Shown here piece by piece: positions 49,579-58,756 of a stretch of DNA of 64,000 bases. The stretch is from an uncultured Chloroflexia bacterium (GTDB lineage: Bacteria > Chloroflexota > Limnocylindria > Limnocylindrales > CSP1-4), in contig CAWKHN010000009.1 in assembly GCA_963849495.1 (NCBI GenBank), positions 207,305 through 271,304 of the forward strand, read 5' to 3'. Under the pieces are notes generated by a model, which had not been told where the DNA came from, searched no databases, and saw only the letters and a program-made list of their open reading frames with translations. The translations under genes and the position numbers were made by a program. Position 1 is the first letter of the stretch, and every line of letters starts with the position of its first letter.

Positions 49579-49782
49579 GTGGCCCGCGGTCTTCGCTGGC
49601 TCGGGCGTGGCGTCGAGGCGATCGTCCTAAGCCCGCGCGAAGCGGAGCGGGAGCTGGCGAACCTCAAGGCGATGATCGAGACCGGCGACGCGACAACGGC
49701 CCATCGACGACCAAGGGACGCCGCAGCCAACGACAGCACCGAGCCGCCGGAGCACGACATGGCCCGATCGGCCAACTGGTAA
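49579..49782 (+). CDS. Hypothetical 67-aa ORF ending in TAA; its 3' end is one arm of a 28-bp direct repeat
   Basis: Ends ...EHDMARSANW-TAA. A near-identical 3' end (...DDMAQSANQ-TAA) without a body occurs at 49384..49413. Confidence 0.3.
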   Translation: MARGLRWLGRGVEAIVLSPREAERELANLKAMIETGDATTAHRRPRDAAANDSTEPPEHDMARSANW

Positions 49783-49919
49783 CCAGGGTCCGCCGCCGCC
49801 ACCCTTGGGCGCGCGGAGGGGTGGCTGGTGGTGAGGAGCCTCGAGCGTCGCTGACCGGGTGGCCGACAAGTTCGAGCTATTGTCGCACTGGGTCGTGGCC
49901 GGTCAGCCGCGTCCGAACG

Positions 49920-50537
49920 TCAACTCGCCGCCTGAGTCTCCTCCGACGCCGCGACGTGATCGGACCGGGCCGATGCCAGTGCCACGGGCAGGAGCGGCCC
50001 GGCTGCTGCGGCGGCGAGCGCCGCGTATGCCTCGAAGGCCGCATCCACGCCCGCCCGGTCGCCGGTGCCGACGAGGTCCAGCAGGAGGCCCCGGAACACC
50101 GCCAGGCCAAGGCGCGCATGGGCGCGAACCAGCTCGGGCGGCACGTTCGGTGTCGTGGCCGTGGCTGCGGCCCGCTCCAGCCAATCGTCGATGGCCCCGG
50201 GGAGTATCCGTGCGAAGGGCTCCTCGCCCTGGAGCGCGCGGGCGTAGCACTCGAAGAACAGGCGCTCAGCGGGCCATAGCTGCGGATCGCGGAGCCGCTG
50301 CCACATCGCGCTGATGACGTCACCCACCTCCCCGTCGATCGACTCCAGGAAGCGCTTCTGGTCCTCCTCGACGGCCTCGACGACGGCGGTCATCAACCCA
50401 TACCGCGAGCCGAAGTGATGAATCAACATCCGGTGGCTGGTGCCCACGGCCGCGGCGATGTCGCGCAGCGAGCGGTCGCGGAGACCCTCGCGCATGAGGT
50501 CGTCGATCACGGCGGATAGCAGGGCTTGACGTGTCAT
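49920..50537 (-). CDS. TetR-family transcriptional regulator
   Basis: ATG 50537. HTH LRDIAAAVGTSHRMLIHHFGSRYGL. Confidence 0.8.
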   Translation of the reverse strand: MTRQALLSAVIDDLMREGLRDRSLRDIAAAVGTSHRMLIHHFGSRYGLMTAVVEAVEEDQKRFLESIDGEVGDVISAMWQRLRDPQLWPAERLFFECYARALQGEEPFARILPGAIDDWLERAAATATTPNVPPELVRAHARLGLAVFRGLLLDLVGTGDRAGVDAAFEAYAALAAAAAGPLLPVALASARSDHVAASEETQAAS

Positions 50538-50538
50538 A

Positions 50539-50609
50539 GGCCCGATTGTACCATCCGGTACATGTACCAACTGGTACATCAGCCTCCCAGCACAGGTGGC
50601 ATCAGAGCC
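50539..50609. promoter_or_regulatory. Divergent TetR/SRPBCC intergenic region with palindromic operators
   Basis: GGTACATGTACC (perfect 12-bp palindrome) and TACCAACTGGTA within taccatccggtacatgtaccaactggtacat. Confidence 0.55.
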
Positions 50610-51101
50610 ATGAAGAGCAGATTCGGCGCGGAGCGCCGCATCGACGTCCCCGCACAGGTCGCCTACCACTGCCTCGCCGACTATCGCGAGCACCATCGAC
50701 CGGAGGGCTTCCTGCCGCCGGCATTCTCTGCTTTCGAGGTCCACAAAGGCGGCGTGGGTGCCGGTACGGAGGCGAGCTGGACGGTCGACCTGGGTGGCGG
50801 TCGAAGACGCCGGATGACAGCCACGATCACCGAGCCGGATCCGGGCCGGCGGCTGGTCGAGACCGGCGAGGGCGTCGTCACCACGTTCACCGTGGCGCCA
50901 TCCGGCGGTGGCAGCGTCGTCCGGTTCGACACGGTGTTCGATGAGCCGGGGCTGAGCGGCCTGCTCCTGCGGCTGTTCATCGGGCGGATGCTCGGCCCGC
51001 TCTACGCCGACGAGCTCGCGCGTCTCGATGCGTACACCCACCGGCACGGCCCGGTGGCACCAGCCGCCGGATCCGAAATCGGGTCGGAGGTGCGCAGGTG
51101 A
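50610..51101 (+). CDS. SRPBCC-superfamily protein
   Basis: 163 aa. AERRIDVPAQVAYHCLADYREH... Confidence 0.7.
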   Translation: MKSRFGAERRIDVPAQVAYHCLADYREHHRPEGFLPPAFSAFEVHKGGVGAGTEASWTVDLGGGRRRRMTATITEPDPGRRLVETGEGVVTTFTVAPSGGGSVVRFDTVFDEPGLSGLLLRLFIGRMLGPLYADELARLDAYTHRHGPVAPAAGSEIGSEVRR

Positions 51102-51253
51102 CCAACTTCGCCGGCGGCGCGCTCGTCGTCATGGGCGTGCTCGTCGCCGTTCTCGGGCTCTTCGTTGGCGGGAGTATCTCGACCGTCGTGATCGGGCTGA
51201 TCGCCATGTTCGGAGGCGGCCTGCTTGAAGCATTGAGCCGTTCACGACGATGA
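51098..51253 (+). CDS. Very small membrane protein (51 aa)
   Basis: GTG overlapping the upstream stop. VTNFAGGALVVMGVLVAVLGLFVGGSISTVVIGLIAMFGGG. Confidence 0.3.
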   Translation: MTNFAGGALVVMGVLVAVLGLFVGGSISTVVIGLIAMFGGGLLEALSRSRR

Positions 51254-51281
51254 CGTTCACGTCCACAGAAAGGAATTTGAC

Positions 51282-52460
51282 ATGAAGGTCGGAATCAACG
51301 GGATCGGGATCGCCGGCCCGACGCTCGCCTACTGGCTGCGCGAATACGGGCACGAACCCGTCCTGTTCGAGAAGGAGGCCCGGCTGAGAACCGAGGGCTA
51401 CGTCGTCGACTTCTGGGGCCTCGGCTACAACGTTGCCGAGCGGATGGGCATCATCGACGAGTTGCGCAAGAAGGCGACCGAGCAGGACCGGCTCAGCTTC
51501 GTGGATGGCCACGGCAAGGAGATCGCCCATCTCGATACCGGCAAGGTCCGGGCGCAGTGGAACGGCCGCTTCATCACGGTCCCCCGCGGCGCCATCTGCC
51601 AGGCGGTTTTCGACGCCTGCGGCGACGTGCGCGCCGAGTTCGGGGTGCACATCGTCGGCATCGAGGAACGCGCCGACGGCGTCGAGACGGTCCTGTCCGA
51701 CGGCCGAAGGGAGGTGTTCGACGCGATCGTGGGGGCGGATGGCCTCCATTCGGCGGTCCGCGAGCTGGTGTTCGGGCCTTCGAGCCAGTTCGAGCACTTC
51801 CTTGATGCCTACGTGGCCGCCTACCGCGGTCCGGACTATCCACATGTCAACCCGGGCTGGTACGTCGCGCACTCCATCGAGAACCGATGGGCGGCGCGGA
51901 TCCAGCGGGTCGACGGGGTGACCGTGATCCTGCTGATCTTCCGGGCCGGGCTCCTGGACCACGAGCCCCGGCCCGATGAGGTCAAGGCTGCGTTGCGCCA
52001 GGTCTACGAGGGCATGGGCTGGGAGGTTCCCGAGATGCTCGAGCATCTCGACGATGGACCGGTCTACTTCGATCGGGTGAGCCAGATCCGCATGCCGACC
52101 TGGTCCAAGGGCCACGTCACGCTGGTCGGGGATGCCGCGGCCTGTGCGTCGCTGCTCGCAGGCGAGGGCACGGGTCTCGCGATGACCGAGGCCTACGTCC
52201 TCGCCGGCGAGCTCCACGCGGCGAACGGCGACGTGGCCCTGGCGTTTCGACGCTACGAGGAGAAGCTCAGCAAGTTCGTCGCCGGAGAGCAGAAGGGCGC
52301 ACTCGTCTTCCGCTCCTTCTTCGTCCCATCGAGCAGCCTGGGCGTCGCCGCCCGCAACCTGGTCACCAAGGTCGCCGCCTTGCCGGGCCTCACGAAGGTC
52401 GTCGCCGGGCGCACGGTCCCACCGTTCCCGCTCGAGGACTATCGGGCTGGCGCTGCGTGA
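51282..52460 (+). CDS. FAD-dependent monooxygenase
   Basis: GxGxxG-like N-terminus (MKVGINGIGIAGPTLAYWL). GD motif (LVGDAAACASLLAGEG). Confidence 0.85.
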   Translation: MKVGINGIGIAGPTLAYWLREYGHEPVLFEKEARLRTEGYVVDFWGLGYNVAERMGIIDELRKKATEQDRLSFVDGHGKEIAHLDTGKVRAQWNGRFITVPRGAICQAVFDACGDVRAEFGVHIVGIEERADGVETVLSDGRREVFDAIVGADGLHSAVRELVFGPSSQFEHFLDAYVAAYRGPDYPHVNPGWYVAHSIENRWAARIQRVDGVTVILLIFRAGLLDHEPRPDEVKAALRQVYEGMGWEVPEMLEHLDDGPVYFDRVSQIRMPTWSKGHVTLVGDAAACASLLAGEGTGLAMTEAYVLAGELHAANGDVALAFRRYEEKLSKFVAGEQKGALVFRSFFVPSSSLGVAARNLVTKVAALPGLTKVVAGRTVPPFPLEDYRAGAA

Positions 52461-52470
52461 GCCGAGGATC

Positions 52471-52635
52471 ATGTCCGTCAGGCTCACTCCGTCGGCCTAC
52501 GCGCCCGGATTGGCGCTGGCGCTGTCCGACAAGCTTGAACAGGCGCGCCCGACAGGATTTGAGCGTGGAGACGCCACAAATATCCCGATCCTGATCGAGG
52601 GAGCAGACGGCGGCCTCATAACCGAGGGCGCGTGA
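52471..52635 (+). pseudogene. Recombinase-like C-terminal fragment, repeat copy B
   Basis: MSVRLTPSAYAPGLALALSDKLEQARPTGFERGDATNIPILIEGADGGLITEGA*. Degenerate palindrome. Confidence 0.35.
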
Positions 52636-52795
52636 TCCAGAGGCAGTTGCCCCCTGGACCATCGAATCGACAGCGCTGTGAGCCGCAACTCCTTCGCTCA
52701 ACGCGGCCGCCGAGACGTTGAGGTCGGCGGCGCAAAGGGGGTGGGCCCGACGAAACCTACCTCATCGCCGGATCGCTCGAGTCTGGAGTTGCGCG

Positions 52796-53484
52796 TCAGC
52801 TCGACAGGCGCAGGAAGGCGGCCCGCGCCTCCTCCGGGTCCGCCGCCACGCGCCAAGCCCGGCTGCGCGGGTCGATGAGCTGGCGCACCCGACCCAGCAG
52901 CCGCCGCTCAACGGGCTTCAGCTCGGAGCGCAGCGCCGCGACGTCGCCGACCAGCGCGAGCAGGCGCACGAGGTCCTCGGCGTCGCGGTCCGCCTGCCGG
53001 GACTCCCAGGCGCGGAGTTTGAGCGCGAGGCCGCCGGCGAGCGATGGGACCGGCAGCATGCCCGCCCCGCCGCCGACGACGCGCACCTCGAGCACGCGCC
53101 GGGTCCCGAGGGCGCGGGTGCCGCTCACAGCGGGACGGTCGTGAGGTCCGCGCGCCGCCCCAGGTGGTCCGGGGCGAGCAGGTCCACCTGCTCGTTGCCG
53201 CGTCGGAACCGGTACGGGTGGTCGCCGCCAACGGGCCCGAACCCGGCCGCGAGCAGCCGCGCGGTCGCGGCCCGGGTCGCACCGGCGACGGCGCGGACGT
53301 CGACCATCGCGTCCACGTCGCCGGTGGTGCGCCCGGACGGCCTCCCGGCCTCGCGCTCGAGGAGCATCACCATCTGGGCGCCGACCAGGATCCACGGCAG
53401 GTCGCCGAGGATCTCCCCCACGGCGAGGGCGGTCGCCCACACGGCTGCCTCCTCGTCGCTGCCGGGGAGCACGTCGACCGTCAT
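52796..53484 (-). pseudogene. AbiEii-like nucleotidyltransferase (type IV TA toxin-like), frameshifted
   Basis: N-terminal part in track ORF 53125..53484 (GDVDAMVDV nucleotidyltransferase-like). C-terminal part in frame of 52796..53722 (...ALKLRAWESRQADRDAEDLVRLLAL...). Confidence 0.45.
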
Positions 53485-54176
53485 CGCCGCTCCAGGGCCT
53501 CACGCGCCGCAGCCTGCGCGCGCGGGTCGCGGTCCTCCGCGAGGTCCAGGGCAACGACGAGCCTCGGCGCGACCCTGCCGTCGAGCCAGCCGGAGGCGAC
53601 TGACGGCAGGACCCGGAGGCGCACGTTCGGACTGGCCGACGGGCGCAGGGCGTAGCGGGCGGCCAGTCGGTCGGCCGTCCGCTCGTTCGCGTAGAGCTCG
53701 ACCGGCGCGTCCGGCGCGACAAGCCCCAGGCCGGCCTCGCGCGCTTGCCTCCCCCCGGTCAGGACGACACCGTCCTCCGACTCAAGGCGCGCGAGGTCGG
53801 AGCTGTGCGCGCGCAGATCGCGGCGCTCGGCGCGCGATGCGAGGCGTGAGCGCATAGACCACAGGTCGCGGTCGCGCAGGACTGCGCGCAGCTTGGAGAG
53901 CGTCACAGCGTCGAGGCCCGGCGGTGCAACGCCTCCCGCCAGGAGGATGAGCGCCCAGGCGCGGCGGGGCGAGAACGGTCGGCCTGGCGGGGCGCCCGTC
54001 TCGATCCGGGCCTCGACGTCGCCCCGCCGGACAACGTACCGTCCCCCGATGCGGCGGGAGTCGAGCGCGCCGGACGCGATGAGCCGCCGCACCCGGTCGG
54101 CCGTGAGACCGAGCGCGGCAGCAGCCTCGCCCGTGGGCATCCAGTCGGCGTCGATTTCCTTAACCATCGCGTACAA
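53481..54176 (-). CDS. AbiEi-like antitoxin/transcriptional regulator
   Basis: N-terminal HTH (TGEAAAALGLTADRVRRLIASGALDSRRIGGRYVV). AbiEi_4-like C-terminal. ATGA overlap with the downstream NTase. Confidence 0.6.
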   Translation of the reverse strand: MYAMVKEIDADWMPTGEAAAALGLTADRVRRLIASGALDSRRIGGRYVVRRGDVEARIETGAPPGRPFSPRRAWALILLAGGVAPPGLDAVTLSKLRAVLRDRDLWSMRSRLASRAERRDLRAHSSDLARLESEDGVVLTGGRQAREAGLGLVAPDAPVELYANERTADRLAARYALRPSASPNVRLRVLPSVASGWLDGRVAPRLVVALDLAEDRDPRAQAAAREALERR

Positions 54177-54596
54177 ACGATAGAAGAGGAAATCCTCGGA
54201 GTCAACGGCGTTCGCGGCGCTTCACGCGCGTCGGGCCGGCAACGAGAAAGCCGGACCGCGGCGGTCCGGCTTCGAAGTGTCACCTGAACTGGTCGGCAGG
54301 TCGCCGTCTCGCTGACGGCCTGACAGAAGGTGATCACATCGGGCACCTCCTCTGGGCGCCACCCAGACAGACCGCGGGGCCAGAAATCGCGCGTGTCTGC
54401 CTGAGCTCCGTCAGGGGAGAGGCTCCAGTACCCGACAGATCCGCAGCTGCCGCGTGACGGTGGGGGGCCGTCGAGGGCCGGTCGACCTCTTCCTGACGGC
54501 CTGACCCCCTCGGTCAATGGCTGAGCGCATCGCATCCATCCAGACGAGCCGCAAGCCGAAACGGTTCTGGGTTGCATCACGAGCGAGGCTGAAGCC

Positions 54597-54917
54597 ATGA
54601 CCATCGGGCCTTTAGAATGGGCAGTGACGATGTACGTGGTCAGAGAACTCCATGCAGGTCCCGCGTGGGATCACTCGCGGCCGATGGACGAGCAGTCCCT
54701 GTGGGGCGAGCACGCGGGGTTCATGGACGGGCTGGTCGATTCCGGCTTCGTCGTGCTCGGTGGCCCACTCGATGCCGACCGCGTCCTGCTCGTGGTCGAG
54801 GCCGACTCGGAAGCCGCCGTTCGTGCAACGCTCGCCGACGATCCGTGGCTGGGGTCGCATCTGGTGATCGACAGCGTCGAGGAGTGGACGATCCGGCTCG
54901 ACTCCCGGAGGCCGTAG
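54597..54917 (+). CDS. YciI-like family protein (second copy)
   Basis: 106 aa. ...EQSLWGEHAGFMDGLVDSGFVVLGGPL... Confidence 0.75.
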   Translation: MTIGPLEWAVTMYVVRELHAGPAWDHSRPMDEQSLWGEHAGFMDGLVDSGFVVLGGPLDADRVLLVVEADSEAAVRATLADDPWLGSHLVIDSVEEWTIRLDSRRP

Positions 54918-54961
54918 CGCTGCGGGTCCGCTCGCGAGCGAGCTGGGGCCACACCGGCCGA

Positions 54962-55092
54962 CGAACTCGACGGTCAAGCACAACCTTGCGGACGCGCGGT
55001 CGAAGGTGGGAGCGGAGACGACGGCGCCGCTCGTGTGGATCCTCGCGCCGCGGCTGCCGGATCCCGACGGCCGAGCCCAGACGGACGAGTAG
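54962..55092 (+). repeat. GerE-HTH repeat copy 5 (3' two-thirds)
   Basis: STVKHNLADARSKVGAETTAPLVWILAPRLPDPDGRAQTDE*. Confidence 0.5.
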
Positions 55093-55126
55093 GAGCTGCT
55101 CGACGAGGTCTCGTACCAGCAGCGCA

Positions 55127-55955
55127 TCAGCCGGTCTGGCTGGCCCGGTCAAGAAGGTGTCGCGCCCTGTCGGCGACGATGCCCGGCTGCTCGCCCTGGA
55201 TGAAGTGACCTGACTCGACCTGCTCGAATCGCCCGTCCGGCAGGGTCTCGCACCAGCGCCGCTGGTGCTCGGCGATGTGGTCCCGAGTCTCCCGCCGCCT
55301 CAACGGGTGGGTCGCCGAGAGCAGGACGGTCGGACAGGCGGGGAGGGCCGGCGGCTCGGCGCGGAACTCGTGGACGGCGGCGGCAACGGCCCTGAACTCC
55401 TTCCTGGTCTGGGCGACGCCGGCCGGGGTGATGTCCTCGGCGAGCATCACCTGGTAGGTGTCCGGGGGGAAGACGCGCCGGACGTTGCCGCTGGACAGGC
55501 GGGCCAGCGGGCGGAACCAGATCAGCGCCTGCCCCAGGGCCAGGGAACGGTCGACCCTGCGGGCGGTCTGGTCGAACGAGTCGTAGGCCGGCGCGGTCTC
55601 CGGGGTCGGGTCGAGCAGCAGCAGCCCGCCCAGGCGCGGCCCCAGCCCCTCGGCGGCGCGGCGGGCGACGAGCCCGCCCATGCTGTGCGCGACGAGCACG
55701 AGCGGGGCCGAATCCGGCACCACTTCCTTGACCAGGGCGACCAGGTCGGCCGCCATGTCATCGATCCCCAGCTGCCCCTCGGTCCGGCCGCTGCGACCGA
55801 ACCCGGCACGGTCGTACGCGACCAGTCGCGCCCGGTCGGATAGCAGCGGCAGCACCGCGTCCCAGCAGGTCCGGCCCTGTCCGGAGCCGGCCTCGAAGAC
55901 GACCCAGTCGGTGCCCTGGCCCGACTCCTCGACATAGACCGAGCGCCGGTTCACG
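55127..55955 (-). CDS. Alpha/beta hydrolase
   Basis: HSMGG nucleophile elbow. Likely GTG start about 55955. The track ORF N-terminal extension overlaps the repeat. Confidence 0.75.
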
Positions 55956-55989
55956 GCCGCTACTCGGCCCTCTGCCCGCCTCCCACTCG

Positions 55990-56165
55990 CCTCCAGCGTC
56001 GTCAAGCGAACGGGAGGCTGAGGAGCCCGAGGAGGCTCCCGCGGCCGTACGCCTTGACGACGCTGCGGTGTTTGCCCCCTGCGGACTGGCCCATCGTTGG
56101 CGCCTCTCGACCGAGCGCAGTGACCCCCACGTTCCTCGGCGTCCGATCCGGACCCGATCGCAGTC
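55990..56165 (-). repeat. Truncated duplicate of the 21365..21643 gene 5' region
   Basis: Encodes MGQSAGGKHRSVVKAYGRGSLLGLLSLPFA* versus MGVVEKGKRRGVVVKTYSRGSLLGLLSLPFAFLM... Shared gatcgcagtcattgt upstream block. Confidence 0.5.
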
Positions 56166-56334
56166 ATTGTCGCTCCCCCGGGCACAAGGCTGCTGAGAGG
56201 TGCAGTCGCGGATGGTCCTGCAGGCGTAGCACGGCGGGCGTATAGACCGCGCTTAGTACTCAACAGCGCAAATACGCTGATGTATCTGAGCTCGCTGAGC
56301 GGTATGCTTCTCCTGTCTGCAGCAGGAGGAGATC

Positions 56335-56643
56335 GTGCCGAGGACGAGTCCGTTCACTATCGAGTTGTCGCCTGCCGAACGGTCGGAACTGGAGGCGACT
56401 GGTCGCCGATATACAGCACCTTATCGAGACGTCGTGCGAGCCCGCATCGTACTCCTGGCCGCGAGCGGCGCCGAGAACATCGTGATCGCCCGACGGCTGG
56501 AGCTGCCCGTCCAGGTCGTGTCCAAATGGCGCAAGCGCTTCTTCGAGGAAGGCCTCGCAGGCTTGGCCGAACGCCCTCGGACCGGTCGGCCGCCGGCTTT
56601 TCCCCCCAGACCTCGTCGTCGCGGTCAAGGCGATTGCCTGTGA
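56335..56643 (+). CDS. IS630 transposase orfA (HTH part)
   Basis: ...ASGAENIVIARRLELPVQVVSKWRKRFFEEGLAGLAERPRTGRPP. Ends shortly after the TTTTCCCCCC run. Confidence 0.8.
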   Translation: MPRTSPFTIELSPAERSELEATGRRYTAPYRDVVRARIVLLAASGAENIVIARRLELPVQVVSKWRKRFFEEGLAGLAERPRTGRPPAFPPRPRRRGQGDCL

Positions 56644-56704
56644 GCTGCCGGCAAGGCTTGGGCTCCCCTTCTCCCGGCTCCACGTCCCCGACATCCGCGC
56701 CGAG

Positions 56705-57484
56705 GTGATGCGCCGCGGCCTGGCCGCCTCGATCAGCGGGACGACGATCTGGCGCTGGCTGACCACCGACGCGATCAAGCCTTGGACCCACCGCAGCTGG
56801 ATCTTCCCGCGCGACCCGCAGTTCGGGCCCAAGGCGGCCCGCGTCCTCGACCTGTATGCCCGCACCTTCGAGGGCCGACCGCTGCGGGCGGACGAGTTCG
56901 TCCTCTCCGCCGACGAGAAGACGAGCATCCAGGCCCGGGTCCGGCGCCATCCGACCGAGCCGCCGGCGCCCGGCCGGGCAATGCGGGTCGAGTTCGAGTA
57001 CAGCCGTGGTGGGGCGCTCCAGTACCTCGCCGCGTGGGACGTCGGGCGAGCCAAGCTGTTCGGCCGCTGCGAGGCGCACACCGGTGCGGAACCGTTCGAT
57101 CGCCTCGTCGCGCAGGTCATGGGCGCCGAGCCGTACGCCTCGGCGCGGCGGGTGTTCTGGGTCGTCGACAACGGGTCGTCGCACCGCGGCCGGCCATCGA
57201 TCGAGCGACTCGAGGGCAGCTATCGGAACCTGCGCCTCATCCACCTGCCGATCCACGCCAGCTGGCTCAACCAGGTCGAGGTCTATTTCAGCATCCTCGA
57301 GCGCAAGGTCCTGACCCCGCCCGATGCCACTTCGCTCGATGAGGTCGCCGCGCGGATCCTCGCCTTCCAGGCCGACTACGAGCGGCTCGCGCGACCGTTC
57401 GAGTGGAAGTTCACCCGAGCCGATCTCGACCGGCTCCTGCAACGCATCGCTGCGCAGGCCCTGCCGCTGCCGGCGGCAGCCTGA
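56705..57484 (+). CDS. IS630 transposase orfB (DDE domain)
   Basis: ...FWVVDNGSSHRG...IHLPIHASWLNQVEVYF. Confidence 0.8.
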   Translation: MMRRGLAASISGTTIWRWLTTDAIKPWTHRSWIFPRDPQFGPKAARVLDLYARTFEGRPLRADEFVLSADEKTSIQARVRRHPTEPPAPGRAMRVEFEYSRGGALQYLAAWDVGRAKLFGRCEAHTGAEPFDRLVAQVMGAEPYASARRVFWVVDNGSSHRGRPSIERLEGSYRNLRLIHLPIHASWLNQVEVYFSILERKVLTPPDATSLDEVAARILAFQADYERLARPFEWKFTRADLDRLLQRIAAQALPLPAAA

Positions 57485-57635
57485 ATACATCACCGAATAT
57501 CGGTGCTGCAGCACTTAGCCGCAACCATGTCCGACGGACTGACCGCCGTGGACAAGTCGGAACCAAATGATGCGCTCGCAGGAGCCTGCGTGCACCCTGC
57601 CAGCACAAGCGCGGCGAGAAGTGCGACTGAGCGGA

Positions 57636-58349
57636 TCATGGGCACGCCTTATCCCAGATTCTATAACTGCCAGAAGACAGCTTCTCGTATCCGTCGTACG
57701 ACTGATTCCCAAACGGGGCATTGGTCACGTCCGTCCACGTTCGGAGATCGTGTGAGATCATGACGTTGTAGATCTGCAGGCGGTTCCCGATGCTCCCCGG
57801 GACCTGATCATTGTTGTTGGACGTCTCCCCCGAGAAAACAGCTTGAGAGGGGACAAACGTTGCGTCAGTGACGGTCAGAACCGTAGAACCTGCTGCAAGG
57901 AATGAGAAGCCTCCGACGATCCGACGGACCTCGTATTTCGTGTATGTCCCAAGCGCCTTCGCGGGATATACGGACGTGGTCCATGGCGGGCTACCGGAAT
58001 TGTTCGTGTACTGAATGAACATCTGTCGCGGATAACCGGCCCGACTCCACCAACCGATCTGAGCCCATTTGTTCGGATAGATCTGGAGCATGGACCAAGC
58101 AGCATCGGGACCGGCTTGTATGTAGGGGCTGTACTCCTGGATAGTGGCGGTGACGTAGACCGGAGTGCTGCCCGCCGAGGTGATGACTCCCATGTGATTC
58201 TGGCTTGGCAGTGTGAATATCGTCCGACCCGGGTTGCAGCTCGCGAGGACTGCGTCGGGAAGGACGGCCGAGGGTACGAGCCTAATCACGATCGCCAGCG
58301 CGAGTGAACTGCCGAAGAAGCCAATGCGTCCGGCCACCCAGCGTCGCAT
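57636..58349 (-). CDS. Secreted hypothetical protein (signal peptide, Cys near both ends)
   Basis: ATG 58349 with GAAGGAAGG SD. In the lower-GC island. No confident family assignment. Confidence 0.55.
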   Translation of the reverse strand: MRRWVAGRIGFFGSSLALAIVIRLVPSAVLPDAVLASCNPGRTIFTLPSQNHMGVITSAGSTPVYVTATIQEYSPYIQAGPDAAWSMLQIYPNKWAQIGWWSRAGYPRQMFIQYTNNSGSPPWTTSVYPAKALGTYTKYEVRRIVGGFSFLAAGSTVLTVTDATFVPSQAVFSGETSNNNDQVPGSIGNRLQIYNVMISHDLRTWTDVTNAPFGNQSYDGYEKLSSGSYRIWDKACP

Positions 58350-58756
58350 GCCAGGCCTTCCTTCGACAGGAACGCGGGCCGCGGGACCCCCCCAACCAGC
58401 GGGCCTGCCGCGACGCGACCATCCTAAGCCGATCACTGAAGGCGAGTCAACTTGTTATGAATACGCCTATGCACATTGATTTGACTCAGCTCCAGCCGCA
58501 GCGCGTGCGCGCGAGACGTACACACAGGGCTTGAGCGCCGCCCCGCGGCTAGCGCGACAGCCTGACATGTCCTAAATCGACGCATCTCACACCCCACCTA
58601 TCCTGGTCGGGCGCACACCTAGGACGGCGCCCCCCGGCTGGGTCTCTAGATCCCAATCGCGTGAGTGTCACCCACTCTATGAAGAAGGGCCGCTGTCACA
58701 GACCTTGTTCCCGGGATGAGCAGTTGCCGCCTCGCGCGTCTCCTGAAATGAGAAGC

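Larger units (their letters stand above)
56252..57518 (+). mobile_element. IS630-family insertion sequence
   Basis: Imperfect inverted repeats of about 37 bp. TA at both boundaries (56254 and 57515). Two overlapping ORFs. Confidence 0.8.

Noticed and set aside
49920-51047. 375-aa minus ORF as a single gene
   Set aside because: Only the distal 205 aa form the TetR. The upstream part is antisense of the SRPBCC gene.
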